A stretch of DNA of 64,000 nt from Octopus sinensis (taxonomy: Eukaryota): contig NW_021825710.1 in NCBI RefSeq assembly GCF_006345805.1, forward strand, positions 248,001 through 312,000, written 5' to 3'. Shown piece after piece: positions 26,060 to 36,483 of this stretch. Position 1 is the stretch's first letter, and every line of letters starts with the position of its first letter. The notes under the pieces were generated by a model, which saw nothing but the letters and a program-made list of their open reading frames with translations, did no database searches and had not been told where the DNA came from. Made by a program: the position numbers and the translations under genes.

Positions 26060-27360
26060 TAATCACAAAGAGCCAGAGAACAACTGCTTCAGTATCACAG
26101 TTTTAGTATGACTTCTATAGTTAGATGTCCTCCTTAATACCAAACACTGCAGAGTGTACTGGGTGCATGTTTTTATGGCACTAGCACTATAGATGTTGCT
26201 TAACTGTTGGCAAAACTAGAGCCCTTCCAAACCTTGCATTGTTGCTGTTCAATTTGTTTAGTAACTGCTTACAGAGCATACATGATGCTTTTTTCGTAGC
26301 ACTAACACTAGTAGCATTGCCTTGAAGCTTGCAAAGTGAAAAAAAGCTCCATTGATGGAAGGAACAGATTTATGGCTGTGAAAAAAAAAACAGTATTAGG
26401 TAAGGGGTTAACAGGAGGGAAAAATGAAAAAAAAGTGTTAGTGGAGTTAATAAGAGAGAATTATAGAGTGAAAAGATGGAGGAGGGAATTGAGAAAGAGA
26501 AGATACAGTGCCACTCCATATAGGTGGGTGTGTAAAAGAAAGGTAAGAGTGAAGAAGGTATTAGGAATGAAGAGAGAAAAGTTGTGTCAGGGGATTAGTG
26601 AGAATGAGTTAGAGAGTGAAAGGTTCTGTAGGGTGGGTTGAGTAAGAGAATGTTATGGGGGTGGGTAGTTGGGTGGAACATGAGGGTACCTGAGGGAAAG
26701 ATAAGATGATAATGAGAAATCAGAGTGAATCAGGGAGGACAGTTGGGTAAAGGTTGTCAGAGTGTAACCTGACCCCACTCATGCTTCATGATGTAGGATA
26801 GAGGAAGAAGAGTAGCAGGATATAGGTTGTAAAGGAAGATGGAGGTATTCAGTATGCACAAATCAGATGCTTTCCTTTCAATCAGAACTGGGGAGCATAG
26901 AACAGTGAGTAGAAGAGATTAGAGGAAATAGAAGATACAGAGAGTAGGAAAATAGGAGGGATGTGAGAGTATAGAATAGGCAACAGCAAAGGGGTGGAGG
27001 AAGCATGCACTAAGCAATGGGCAAGGATACATGCCCTCTGCCACTAATTTTAACAAGTAGTGCACCAAGCTTATATGGGAAATTAGGTTTTCTGCAGCAC
27101 TGCATATTACCAGTCACTACAGTCCTCTTTCACTCCCTGCATCAGTTATATCATCTTGAGATTATTCCTTACAACCTTATCCCAAGTCTTTCTCAGTTTC
27201 CCTCTTCCATAAGCACTATTCATTGTAAGTGCTTGGTGCTTGCTTATGTAGCTGTCAGCCTCCATCTGCATCACATGCCCATATCATCACAGTCACCACT
27301 TTTGCATGTTATATCTAATTTCCCTTACACCCAGCTTATCTCTCCACTCTACCCCTTTGT
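26060..27360 (-). mobile_element. RTE 3' fragment with an unusually long pyrimidine-rich 3' UTR
   Basis: Minus 27360-27110 encodes a degenerate DKLGVREIRY...YGHVMQM...GRGKLRK-x-WDKVVRN C-terminus. About 1 kb of CT-rich sequence follows, then the gcacccagtacactctg...ggtattaaggaggacatc UTR motif. Confidence 0.7.
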
Positions 27361-27823
27361 TTTCTCCTTTCACTATCTCTTTCTACCTAACTTAGAAGAC
27401 TGACTACATATTACAATGTACTGATGAAGAACAGATATGCACAACAGCCTGTTTATAGACATAGAAGAAATATAAAAATATTAAATAAATATAATTGATT
27501 GTTTAAACACATTTCAATTCACTTGAGGAAAAGAAATCAGTTCTTCACTTGCTTCTCTTATATGAAAAAGGAAACAGATTCTTATCTGTCTTTTACTTTC
27601 TCCATCCATAAACTAAGTAAAACTATCTTCTCTTTCTCTGTCTCACTGAACTTGATTTAAAATGAAAACAATAGCTTGAAAATCTGTTTTACTATTTGCC
27701 AGTAACATAAGTCTATAAATCAATCTCTACATTAAAGAAATAGCAGGTTTCCTGTGTGAATTTCCACTGACATCATGGTGTTAAAGCTATTCATATACAG
27801 AAAATAGATTCCATCACATGTCA

Positions 27824-28168
27824 AGGGAGAAAACTAGAAGTAGTCAATAGCTTCTGTTAGCTAGGTGACCAAGTCAGTAGTGGGGATTGATGTTCCAAGA
27901 GCGTAGCTGCTACAAAAATAACGGGCTGGGTAAAGTTCAGAGAGCTCCTACTTCTGCTGATAACAAAGGGCCTCTCTCTTAGAGTGAAAGGCAGACTGTA
28001 TGATGCCTGTGTGTGTGAACAGTTATGCTACCTGGCAGTGAAACATGGCTGTGACTGCTGAGGACATGTGTAGGCTTGTAAGAAATGAAGCTAGTATGCT
28101 TCACTGGATGTGTAAAGTCAGTTTGCAAGTAGGACAGAGTGTAAGCGTCCTCAGAGAAAAGATGGGCC
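27824..28168 (+). mobile_element. RTE LINE internal fragment
   Basis: GRKLEVVNSFC...WVKFRELLLLLITKGLSLRVKGRLYDACV...AVTAEDMCRLVRNEASML, ending at a (CT)n tract. Confidence 0.88.
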
Positions 28169-28422
28169 TTCTCTCTCTCTCTCTCACTATCTATCTATAT
28201 ATATATATACAATACAGATCTTTGGTATTCAAGCACTATTTTCTCCACCTTGCTTTTCATGCCTGTGCAGGTGAATGTGTGCATGTTGCACAAAAATGAG
28301 CTCAAAGAAAAGTCAGAGTAGCCAGTGGCATTTATTTGGTAAAAAAAAAAAAAAAAAAAGGAATATACCATATGAGATTATTTACATTTGACAGATATTA
28401 GTCCTCATCTTGTTTGTTGTTA

Positions 28423-28459
28423 ACACAATGTTTTGGCTAATATACTCTTCATCAGGTGT
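28423..28459 (-). ncRNA. Hammerhead ribozyme remnant in the Penelope terminal repeat (copy 1)
   Basis: ACAC-CTGATGAAG-agtatat-TAGCC-AAAACATT-GTGT: 5' arm of stem II deleted and GAAAC changed to AAAAC, but stem I (ACAC/GTGT) intact. Confidence 0.65.
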
Positions 28460-28530
28460 CTTGAGGAAATTTCGAACTTGGGTTCTCATTCCTAAGGTAT
28501 TTTCGATGTTGTTATTATTATTATTATTCA

Positions 28531-28602
28531 GGTCATTGCCTCGAATTGAACTCGAAATCTTGTGGTTAGTAGCCTGCACTCTTAACCACTACACCATATA
28601 CC
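28531..28602 (-). other. tRNA-like cassette with Pol III A and B boxes inside the Penelope terminal repeat (copy 1)
   Basis: GGTATATGGTGTAGTGGTTAAGAGTGCAGGCTACTAACCACAAGATTTCGAGTTCAATTCGAGGCAATGACC: A-box TGGTGTAGTGG, 7-nt loop CTACTAA, B-box GAGTTCAATTC. Confidence 0.7.
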
Positions 28603-30902
28603 TGTGGGCAATTATGGAGTGGATTTTAGGGCTTATACATCTAATATTTTCCTATCCTTCCTTAATACTGGTTCCCATATACTACTCATATCTGCACTTG
28701 GTCTGCTTAGGAGGGTGTTATGTCCTAGCATATGTGCTGCTTCTTTTAGTTTCCAAAATTTCTAGTGGTGTTCTCTGTCTATTATTTTAACTTCATCCTA
28801 CTGAGAAGGCGACATGTTTTGCTTTTGTATAACCTACCACAGCTGCATGGGATGGAGTGCTTGCAGTCTTTGGTTATATTCTCTTCTATTGGTGGTTTTA
28901 CTCACAGGAGATATTTACAAAGTGTTGTATTACTCTTGAATATTGTCCTGATGTCATATGGGCTGCATATCTTTTCAGAGAAGCCTTTCACATAGAGTAG
29001 ACAGATTGTGGTCAGTTTATGGGTTTCATCTCCTTTTCTTCATAACTGGAGTGGATAGTATGGTTTTGGGGTAGTTGTTGCTTAATAGAGTGTTACTTAG
29101 CTTGATCAATTCTTCATGCTGTGTATCAGGATCACTACTTATATTCTTTGCTTGATGTTTTAAGTACTGAGCAATCCCTCTCTTTACACTGTATGGATGG
29201 TGGGAATTGAAGTTGAGGTATCATCCAGTGACGCTTGGCTTGTGGTGTATGGATGTCCTGGATCCATACTTGGTGCATGTTATTAATACAGCCAGGAATG
29301 CTAGCTGATTGTCATTTTCCTTTTCCATTGTGAACTGTATGGATGGCTTTAATGAGTTCACATGATCTAACAGTACTTGGACATCTTCCTGGTGGGGCCA
29401 GAGTATAAAGGTGTCATCAACATATCACAGCCATAGGGTTGGTTTTAGTGATGTTGATCCTAAAGCCAAATTCTCAAAGTAATCCATATATATATTGGCT
29501 ATTATCGGTGATAATGGTGAACACATAGCTAAACCCTCTTTCTATTGATATATATCAGTGTCCAATCTGAAGTAGGTAGTTTCTACACAGAAACATTTCC
29601 ATTAAGTTTCCTATTGGCATACTACTTCTTTTAGAAGAGTGTTTGTCACTAGTATTTTTCTTGAATCACCAAGAGTGCTTCATCAGTTGGGAGTTTGTTG
29701 AACAAACTTATCATATCAAGACTCACCATCTGGTTGGATCCAATGGGGATCAATTCTGTGAAGTGGATGAAATTCTTCACGTACGATGTTGACTTTCCTG
29801 CTAATGAACTGATTATATCCACTAGGAAGCAGCTCAGTGGATGACATGCTCACTATAGGTCTTTATGGAATGCCATCCTTGTGAATCTTAAGGAGACTGT
29901 ACATGTATGGTAGTTTACTATAGTGTTGAGCCAGTTGTCTGTACTTCATTGGTATAAAGGGATCCTTGTTCTTGATCAAGATCTGTGACACTTCCTCTTT
30001 ATTTTCAGAGTTGGGTCTTTCTTTACTTTGCTGTAGCTACCATCACTTATGAGACTTGCCAATTTTTCAAAGTAGTCAGACTTGTTCATCACCACTGTAG
30101 CATTTCCCTTGTCCGCTGGAAATATTATGATGGAAATGTCACTCTGTAGTCTTTCGATAGCGAACTTTTCTTCCTTAGTGATGCTTGGTTTGGAAAGTTT
30201 CACTTTTTCTAGTACCTGTCACATTTTCCACCTAAGTTCATCTCCCTGAGCTTTTGATATCTTTATGGCTATCTCTTCAATAGGGGCTGTTATGTCCAAG
30301 TATAGAATGCACTTGGTGGTTGTCACAAAAGTTGAGACATTTGTTTAGTACTGCTCCTTCAGAGCTTTCTAAATGTCAGCTATTTACATTAATTACTGTT
30401 TTCACAGGTGGGTGACAGACTTCAGTCTTCATTCTCTGACCTTTGAGATTCATAAACTTCTTAATCTGGCGTGTCTTCACCTTTTCAAATTTTTTCTTGT
30501 GTAGATTCTCTTTCTATCATCATCTCTGGTTATTTTCCTAAGTAATGAATATAACCTCTCTCTGATTTTGTTATTTAGTTGATGTTTTTTCCAATGGTTA
30601 TAATGGATCCTCTCATGGATGAAGGCATGTCCTGCCCTTTCCGCTAATCTTCGAGCTTTATATGAATCCACTGGTGTCATTACATTCAAGCCAGGTGGTA
30701 TTAGCTTTGAGTCTCTACGTCTATACAGGAAAGTTGGATGGTTTGAAAGTCAAGCTAGTTTTTGATAGAGTTTCTCTGTATGTCTCCACTGAAGTCTAAT
30801 GTCAGCTCCGTACCAATTAGATAATGCAGTTCTATATGAGGAATTATGTACATTATTTACATTTGACGGATATTTTGTTTGTTGTCCTCATTTTGTTTGT
30901 TG

Positions 30903-30947
30903 TTAACAACATTTCGGCTGATATACTCTCCAGCCTTCATCAGGTGT
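30903..30947 (-). ncRNA. Minimal type I hammerhead ribozyme motif in the Penelope terminal repeat (copy 2, partly degenerate)
   Basis: Minus strand ACAC-CTGATGA-A-GGCTG-gagagtatat-CAGCC-GAAA-TGTT-GT: conserved CUGAUGA and GAAA cores flank a 5-bp stem II. Confidence 0.8.
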
Positions 30948-31033
30948 CTTGGGGAAATTTTGAACCAGGGTTCTCATTCCTAAGGTATTTTCGATGTTGT
31001 TGTTGTTATTATTATTATTATTATTAGTATTCT

Positions 31034-31100
31034 GGCCATTGCCTGGAATCAAACTTGGAATCTTGTGGTTCCTGCGCTCTTAACCACTATGCCATATGCC
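31034..31100 (-). other. tRNA-like cassette in the Penelope terminal repeat (copy 2)
   Basis: GGCATATGGCATAGTGGTTAAGAGCGCAGGAACCACAAGATTCCAAGTTTGATTCCAGGCAATGGCC, homologous to copy 1 with a short deletion in the anticodon-like loop. Confidence 0.65.
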
Positions 31101-32302
31101 CATGGGCAATTATGGAGTTAATTTTAGGGCTTATAAATCTAATATTTTTCTATCCTTCCTTAATACTGGTTCCCATATGCTACTCATATCTGTACTAGGT
31201 CTGCTTAGGAGGTTATTATGTTCTAGCATATGTACTGCCTCTTTTAGTTTTCATATTTTCTAGCGGTGTTCTCATTCTATTATTTTAACTTCATCCCACA
31301 GGGGGAGGTGGTGTCCGTTTTTCCATACATGATCAGCTATACCCGATTTACCAATATCTCCTCGTGTCACAGCTTTGAGATGTTCCTCTATCCTTATTTT
31401 GATATAGTGAAATTATTTCCACCTTGAGAGAAGGTAAACAAACACCTGTGGGAACCACAAACAACTCCAAATAACATAATCTCAAGAATCAACAATTCTC
31501 TGGAATTGATTTATTGAAGTAATGGCATTATTTCAATAAATCAAGAAATTATCATGTGTGTGTGTGTGTGTATACATACATGAGTGCGTGTGTGTGAGTG
31601 CGCACGAGTATACACTCCCTCTAGTTCGGTAGTGGAGATGTTTATTTATGTTCTGCAGAAATATGTAATGTAGCTCAGTGATTCAGCACACAAAAACCAC
31701 AAAGAAGTACCTTGCTTGAAAATATATAATGAGCTGCTATCAAGAAGGGTATCCATGAGTAGAATACTACCACAAATATATTTATCTAACCCATGTAATT
31801 TGAAAAAAAAAAAAAAAATACTGATGATATTCAGAGCTAACAAAGAAGCCCTATGAAGCCATTCAACACACTATAACTACACCTTCCTAAAATCCAGCTC
31901 CAATACCTTAAAAAAAGGGAAGCACACAAAAATTAATGTAGTGCCACATTCCCTTATTTCAAATATAAGTGGATGTTCATGAATGGAATACTTATCATAA
32001 TCAGTCTGCTCAAAATAAAATAAAATTGGTGTAAGACAAATACCATAACACACACACACACAACAAATGACCAAGTTATATGTTGCCTGCTGTATTCCAT
32101 GTTATTTACTAGTTGACTGGAAATCTTTGTAACTGTTGTTTAGCTGGAGTTCAGCCCTTATGGAGCAGAACTATGAAGAAATCCAGTCAGTCACATCTAC
32201 TTTTTTTTAGTACATCATTATTATTACTCTCTTATCAAAGTTTTATGCAGACATTGTGGATCTAAGATTATATTGGCTAATGTATCCTTCCTTAGATGAT
32301 AT

Positions 32303-32527
32303 GAGCTGGCAGAAACGTTAGCGCGCCGGGCGAAATGCTTAGCGGTATTTCGTCTGCCGTTAAGTTCTGAGTTCAAATTCCGCCGAGGTCGACTTTGCCT
32401 TTCATCCTTTCGGGGTCGATTAAATAAGTACCAGTCAAGCACTGGGGTCGATATGATCGACTTAATCCGTTTGTCTGTCCTTGTTCGTTCTCTCTGTGTT
32501 TGGCCCCTTGTGGGTAGTAAAGAAATA
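32303..32527 (+). mobile_element. Young tRNA-derived SINE (family B, Meta-like core)
   Basis: CpG-rich head gagctggcagaaacgttagcgcgccggg, B-box gagttcaaattcc, core gcctttcatcctttcggggtcgattaaataagtaccag. The MetaSINE resemblance is from recall. Confidence 0.85.
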
Positions 32528-33758
32528 AAATGATATAGAGAGGGTATGGCTTCAAAGAAAGATGGTTGAGTAACCATGCAGAGCTTACCACTTTAGTTCA
32601 TGTGTTTGTGTATTTGTGTCAAGACATACATAAACACAAGCAGTGGGAAGATACTAAACATATCACATTGCATGTCACATCTCTCTCAAATTACACCTTA
32701 CATCATAAGAAATGGTAAGACACAGTTCTAGATACCCACTACCTAAAAATGGGATGGTCTTGGTGAGAATGTCTTTAATCATAGGTCTGCTTAATTAAAG
32801 TTGACCTAGTGGTCACATAAAAGAAAGAGAGAGAGAGAAAAGTAAATATTTAACTAAGTAATTAGACTGTAGCCTTAGGTGGAGTAAATTGTCAATATCT
32901 GTTTAGGTTGATTAAATTCTAAAAATTGGCAAATGTAGTTAAACTATTAGTCATGATACAGGACAATTCTTATAACTTACATTGATATAAATATCAAACC
33001 AAAAAAGTATCAGAAATATTATATCAATTAAACAGGAATAAAGAAAAGTGTCTATTAAACATTGGTTTCTTTGTGCATTAAGATATTATCCAAGGCAGAA
33101 CATCTGCTACCATGTAAGAAAAATGTTGAGAAAGACATTGAATTTGAAGATGACAAAAGAAGACAAAAAGAAATGACTAAGTGGAGAGTCAGAGAAAAAA
33201 GTGAATGACACTACATTGTATATCCTTACCTACCACTATATTGTATTTTCTTTTCTTACAGCTGTTGTTTAAATGAATTTCCTTAGTACATTATTCATCT
33301 TGTTCAGTTCAACATAAACTCTTAACAAATCACTGTCTTCTATGAAGACATTATATATTGTTCTTGTATGGCTTTACATAACTTGTAAATATCATTTTCT
33401 ATCTATTATTAGTGTAACAAACAACTGTTAAAATTTAGGACAAAATGACAATGATGATAATGCCACTATGACCATCACTACCACAAATACAATTTAAAAA
33501 AAAATTCAACTCTGCAAACTAGCATGATAGCTTTTACTTGCTTTCAAGTAAGCTGCTTTATTCCACATTTCAGCATAGACTGCCAAGTTGCTGAATTTTT
33601 GTTTATGTGTGACATAAACATCACCACTGCTGCTGGTATTAATGTGTAGACACATGGAGACAGGCATATATGTACACATACAGTAGGTTTCTGTACAATT
33701 TCAGTTTTTCCAAACTTCACTCAGAAAGCACTGATTAATCTGAGGAGTTAGTTAGTTA

Positions 33759-34906
33759 TCAGGTCATCCCATAAGTTCTGTCTGAATTTTGAATAAAGAA
33801 AGCAAGTGAACAAATGTGATATTTAATTGAAATTTAATCATCAATGCACTTTCCTTGATTATCTATAACTTGCTTCCATCTATTTACAAGCTTTTTAATC
33901 CCATCAATGTAAAACTCTTTTGGTTTCAAAGTGAACAGCTCTGAAATGTCAAGCCTCCTGGCTGGTGAAAGTTATGTTCTCCAAAAGATTCTTACACTAC
34001 GAAACAAATGGTAGGTTGAAGGAGCAAGGTCAGGAGAATAAGGTGGATGAAGAATTTTTTCCCAGCCAAGCTCTTCGATCTTCTGTGATGTGAACATTGC
34101 AGTATGGAGTCACACATTGTCCTGATGAAACATCACTCCTTTTTGATTCATTAAAGCGGATCTTTTTCTCTTCAAAGCTTGATTCAAGCGCTCTAATTGC
34201 TAACAGCAGACTTGAGCATTGATTGTTGCATTAGGTGGTAACAATTCAAAGTGAATTACTCCTTTGCAATTCCACCAGATAGAAAGAAGAATCTTTTTCC
34301 CATGAAGTTCCCTTCTCAGTTGTGGGTGAGCCACTGTTTACAACGTTTAACATTTCGATAGAAGATCCATTTTTCTTCACGAGAATGGAGAGAAGAGCAG
34401 ACGTCAACTCGGCATTTGCGGTGGCTTTCGGACAATTCATGAGGCACCTATTTTCCAAGTTTAGGAACTTTTCCGAGTTGTTGAAGATGACGATGAACAG
34501 TTGTATGGTTTGAAATAAGCTTTATTGTCAATTCTTCAACTGACAATGCAGGATTTTCTTCAAGTAATGTCCCAAGGAGTTTATCATCAAATTCAACTGG
34601 ATGTTCTGTTCGAATCTCCACTGCTGAATTATGCAAACCATCTTCTGCAAGTTTTTTCATTCAAGCATTCTTTCTCATAAACTGAGTGTATGTTTCGAGT
34701 TGCTTCGGCTGTAGAGTTTCCATGTTAGAAATGGTTTTAATCAAAGAAATTTTAATTCTATTATTTTGTAAAATAATATTTAATTAGTTTAAATGTATAC
34801 AAATACATAAAAATAATTTTTAATTCCATTAGACATTCCAAAATACTTTAAATTTCACTCAATTTTAAAAAAGGTAAAATCGGACAGAACTTATGGGATG
34901 ACCTGA
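33759..34906 (-). mobile_element. mariner-like DNA transposon (1148 bp), degenerate
   Basis: ~30-bp TIRs TCAGGTCATCCCATAAGTTCTGTC with TA at 33757-33758 and 34907-34908. Transposase pieces include 34448-34660 (HPVEFDD...HRHLQQLGKVPKLGK). Flanked on both sides by halves of a family A SINE. Confidence 0.92.
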
Positions 34907-35029
34907 TATATTTATTGTATAAGACACTTGCCAAAGTACCATGTAAGACTGAATCAAAAAGCACATGGTTGTGAAACAAGACAGCCATACCTGCTCCTAA
35001 TAATAATAATAATAATAATAATATATTAT

Positions 35030-36430
35030 ATCAGCCACAAATTTGTTTGAGAGAGGCATAGTTGAATTTAGAACTGGCACTTAATTTACTGGCCATAGAA
35101 ATGCAGAAAGTAAAGTTAATTTTGACATGATTCAAATTTGGAATGTAAAAGGCTGAAACAAAATATCATAACACATTTACTATGAAACTCACTAATAATA
35201 GTAATGATAAAGGTTTCTGATTTTAAGCACAATTTTGAGAGGAAGGTGTTAGTCCATACCATTGATCCCAAAATTAGATTCATGCTTTCTTTTCTGGAGG
35301 GATGAAAGGCAAAGTTGGCGTCACCTCCTTTCTGTGCCTTTGCTAAGTTAACTTAGCAAAGACCAAGGTCCTAGTAAGTAAGAAAACAGGCAGGAAAACA
35401 AGTAAATGGCCCTGATCAGTATATAGGAAAGGCACGGGAAGGAATTCCATTTAGTGTACCCAATTATTGTTGGTTTCTTGGGGACAGCGTCAGAAGGCGC
35501 CAAAAGGAATATAGAGGAAATCGGAATAGAGTACTCAGTAAAGCTGTTATAAAAGCTTTATATCTTTGTATTTGGATATATAATATAATGAAGCAGGGAG
35601 TAAAAAAGTATACACACAATACACAAGACTCAGCACTCTATATCAAAGGCTCACAGTGAACAGCTACCAACATGAACAGCTGATGTCTCAGTCCACTTTT
35701 AGTGACATGGAAGTGGTCAGAATCCTTCCACAACAAAAAAAGTTTGCCTCCTTGGCATGACCAGAACCATCAAGAAAGTTGAAAAGAAGAGATAGCATGG
35801 TACCATAGGCAGCACGTAGCAAGCCTGCTACACATGCAAGAACCCAGGAGTTCCAACAAAATTTGAGTTAAGAAAAAGAACAACAACAACAATTTTGAGA
35901 AAGGGGGCAAGTCAATTACATTGACATCAGTGCTCAACTGGTACTTTATTTTATGGATACCACAAGGATGAAAAGTAACATAGACCTTGGTGGGATTAAA
36001 ATTCAGAATATAAAGATCCAGAGGAATTGCTACCAAGCATTTTGTCCAACATAATGATTCTGCCAGCTCACCACCAAATAAAAACAGCAATAATAATAAT
36101 TCTTTCTACTATAGGCACAAGGTCTGATATTTTGGGGGAGGGGGCCAGTTAATTACATCATCTCCGGTACTTGGCTGGTACTTATTTTATTGACCCCCAA
36201 AAGAATGAATGACAAGGTCAATCTCAGCAGAATTTGAACTCAGAACAAAGCTGAAAAAATGCACGAAGCATTTTGTCTGGTATGCTAACAATTCTTCCAG
36301 CTTGTTGCCTTAATATTTTCCGATTTTAGTACAAGGCCAGCAATTTTAGGGGAGGGGTAAATCAATTATACTGACCCCAGTGCTCAACTTATATTACTAA
36401 CAACCCAGAAGAGAGGCAAAATTGAGTTTG
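35030..36430 (-). mobile_element. Cluster of about five degenerate family B SINE copies separated by AAT tracts
   Basis: Repeated ctactataggcacaagg...ggtacttattttattgacccc...gaatttgaactcagaa motifs at about 35030, 35215, 35885, 36098 and 36315. Confidence 0.7.
35350..35465 (+). mobile_element. Short RTE internal fragment
   Basis: VNLAKTKVLVSKK...KWP*SVYRKGTGRNSI, the start of the PHD-like insert seen in the full-length RTE. Confidence 0.75.
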
Positions 36431-36483
36431 GTAGAGTACAACAACAACAACAGCAGCAGCAGCAGCAGCAGCAAAAAAAAAAA

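Larger units (their letters stand above)
28372..31450 (-). mobile_element. Penelope-like retroelement in tandem arrangement (upstream GIY-YIG 3' end + terminal repeat, degenerate RT ORF, terminal repeat)
   Basis: Direct repeats ~28372-28830 and ~30830-31300. RT motifs PADKGNATVVMNKSDY, G-x-AM-x-SPLSPIIANIYM, YVDDTFILW, FTMEKE, YLNFNSHHP. GIY-YIG-like remnant at 31300-31450. Confidence 0.92.

Noticed and set aside
27419-27462. CTGATGAAG-AACAG...CTGTT resembling another hammerhead
   Set aside because: The GAAA core is absent and there is no Penelope context; cannot be supported.
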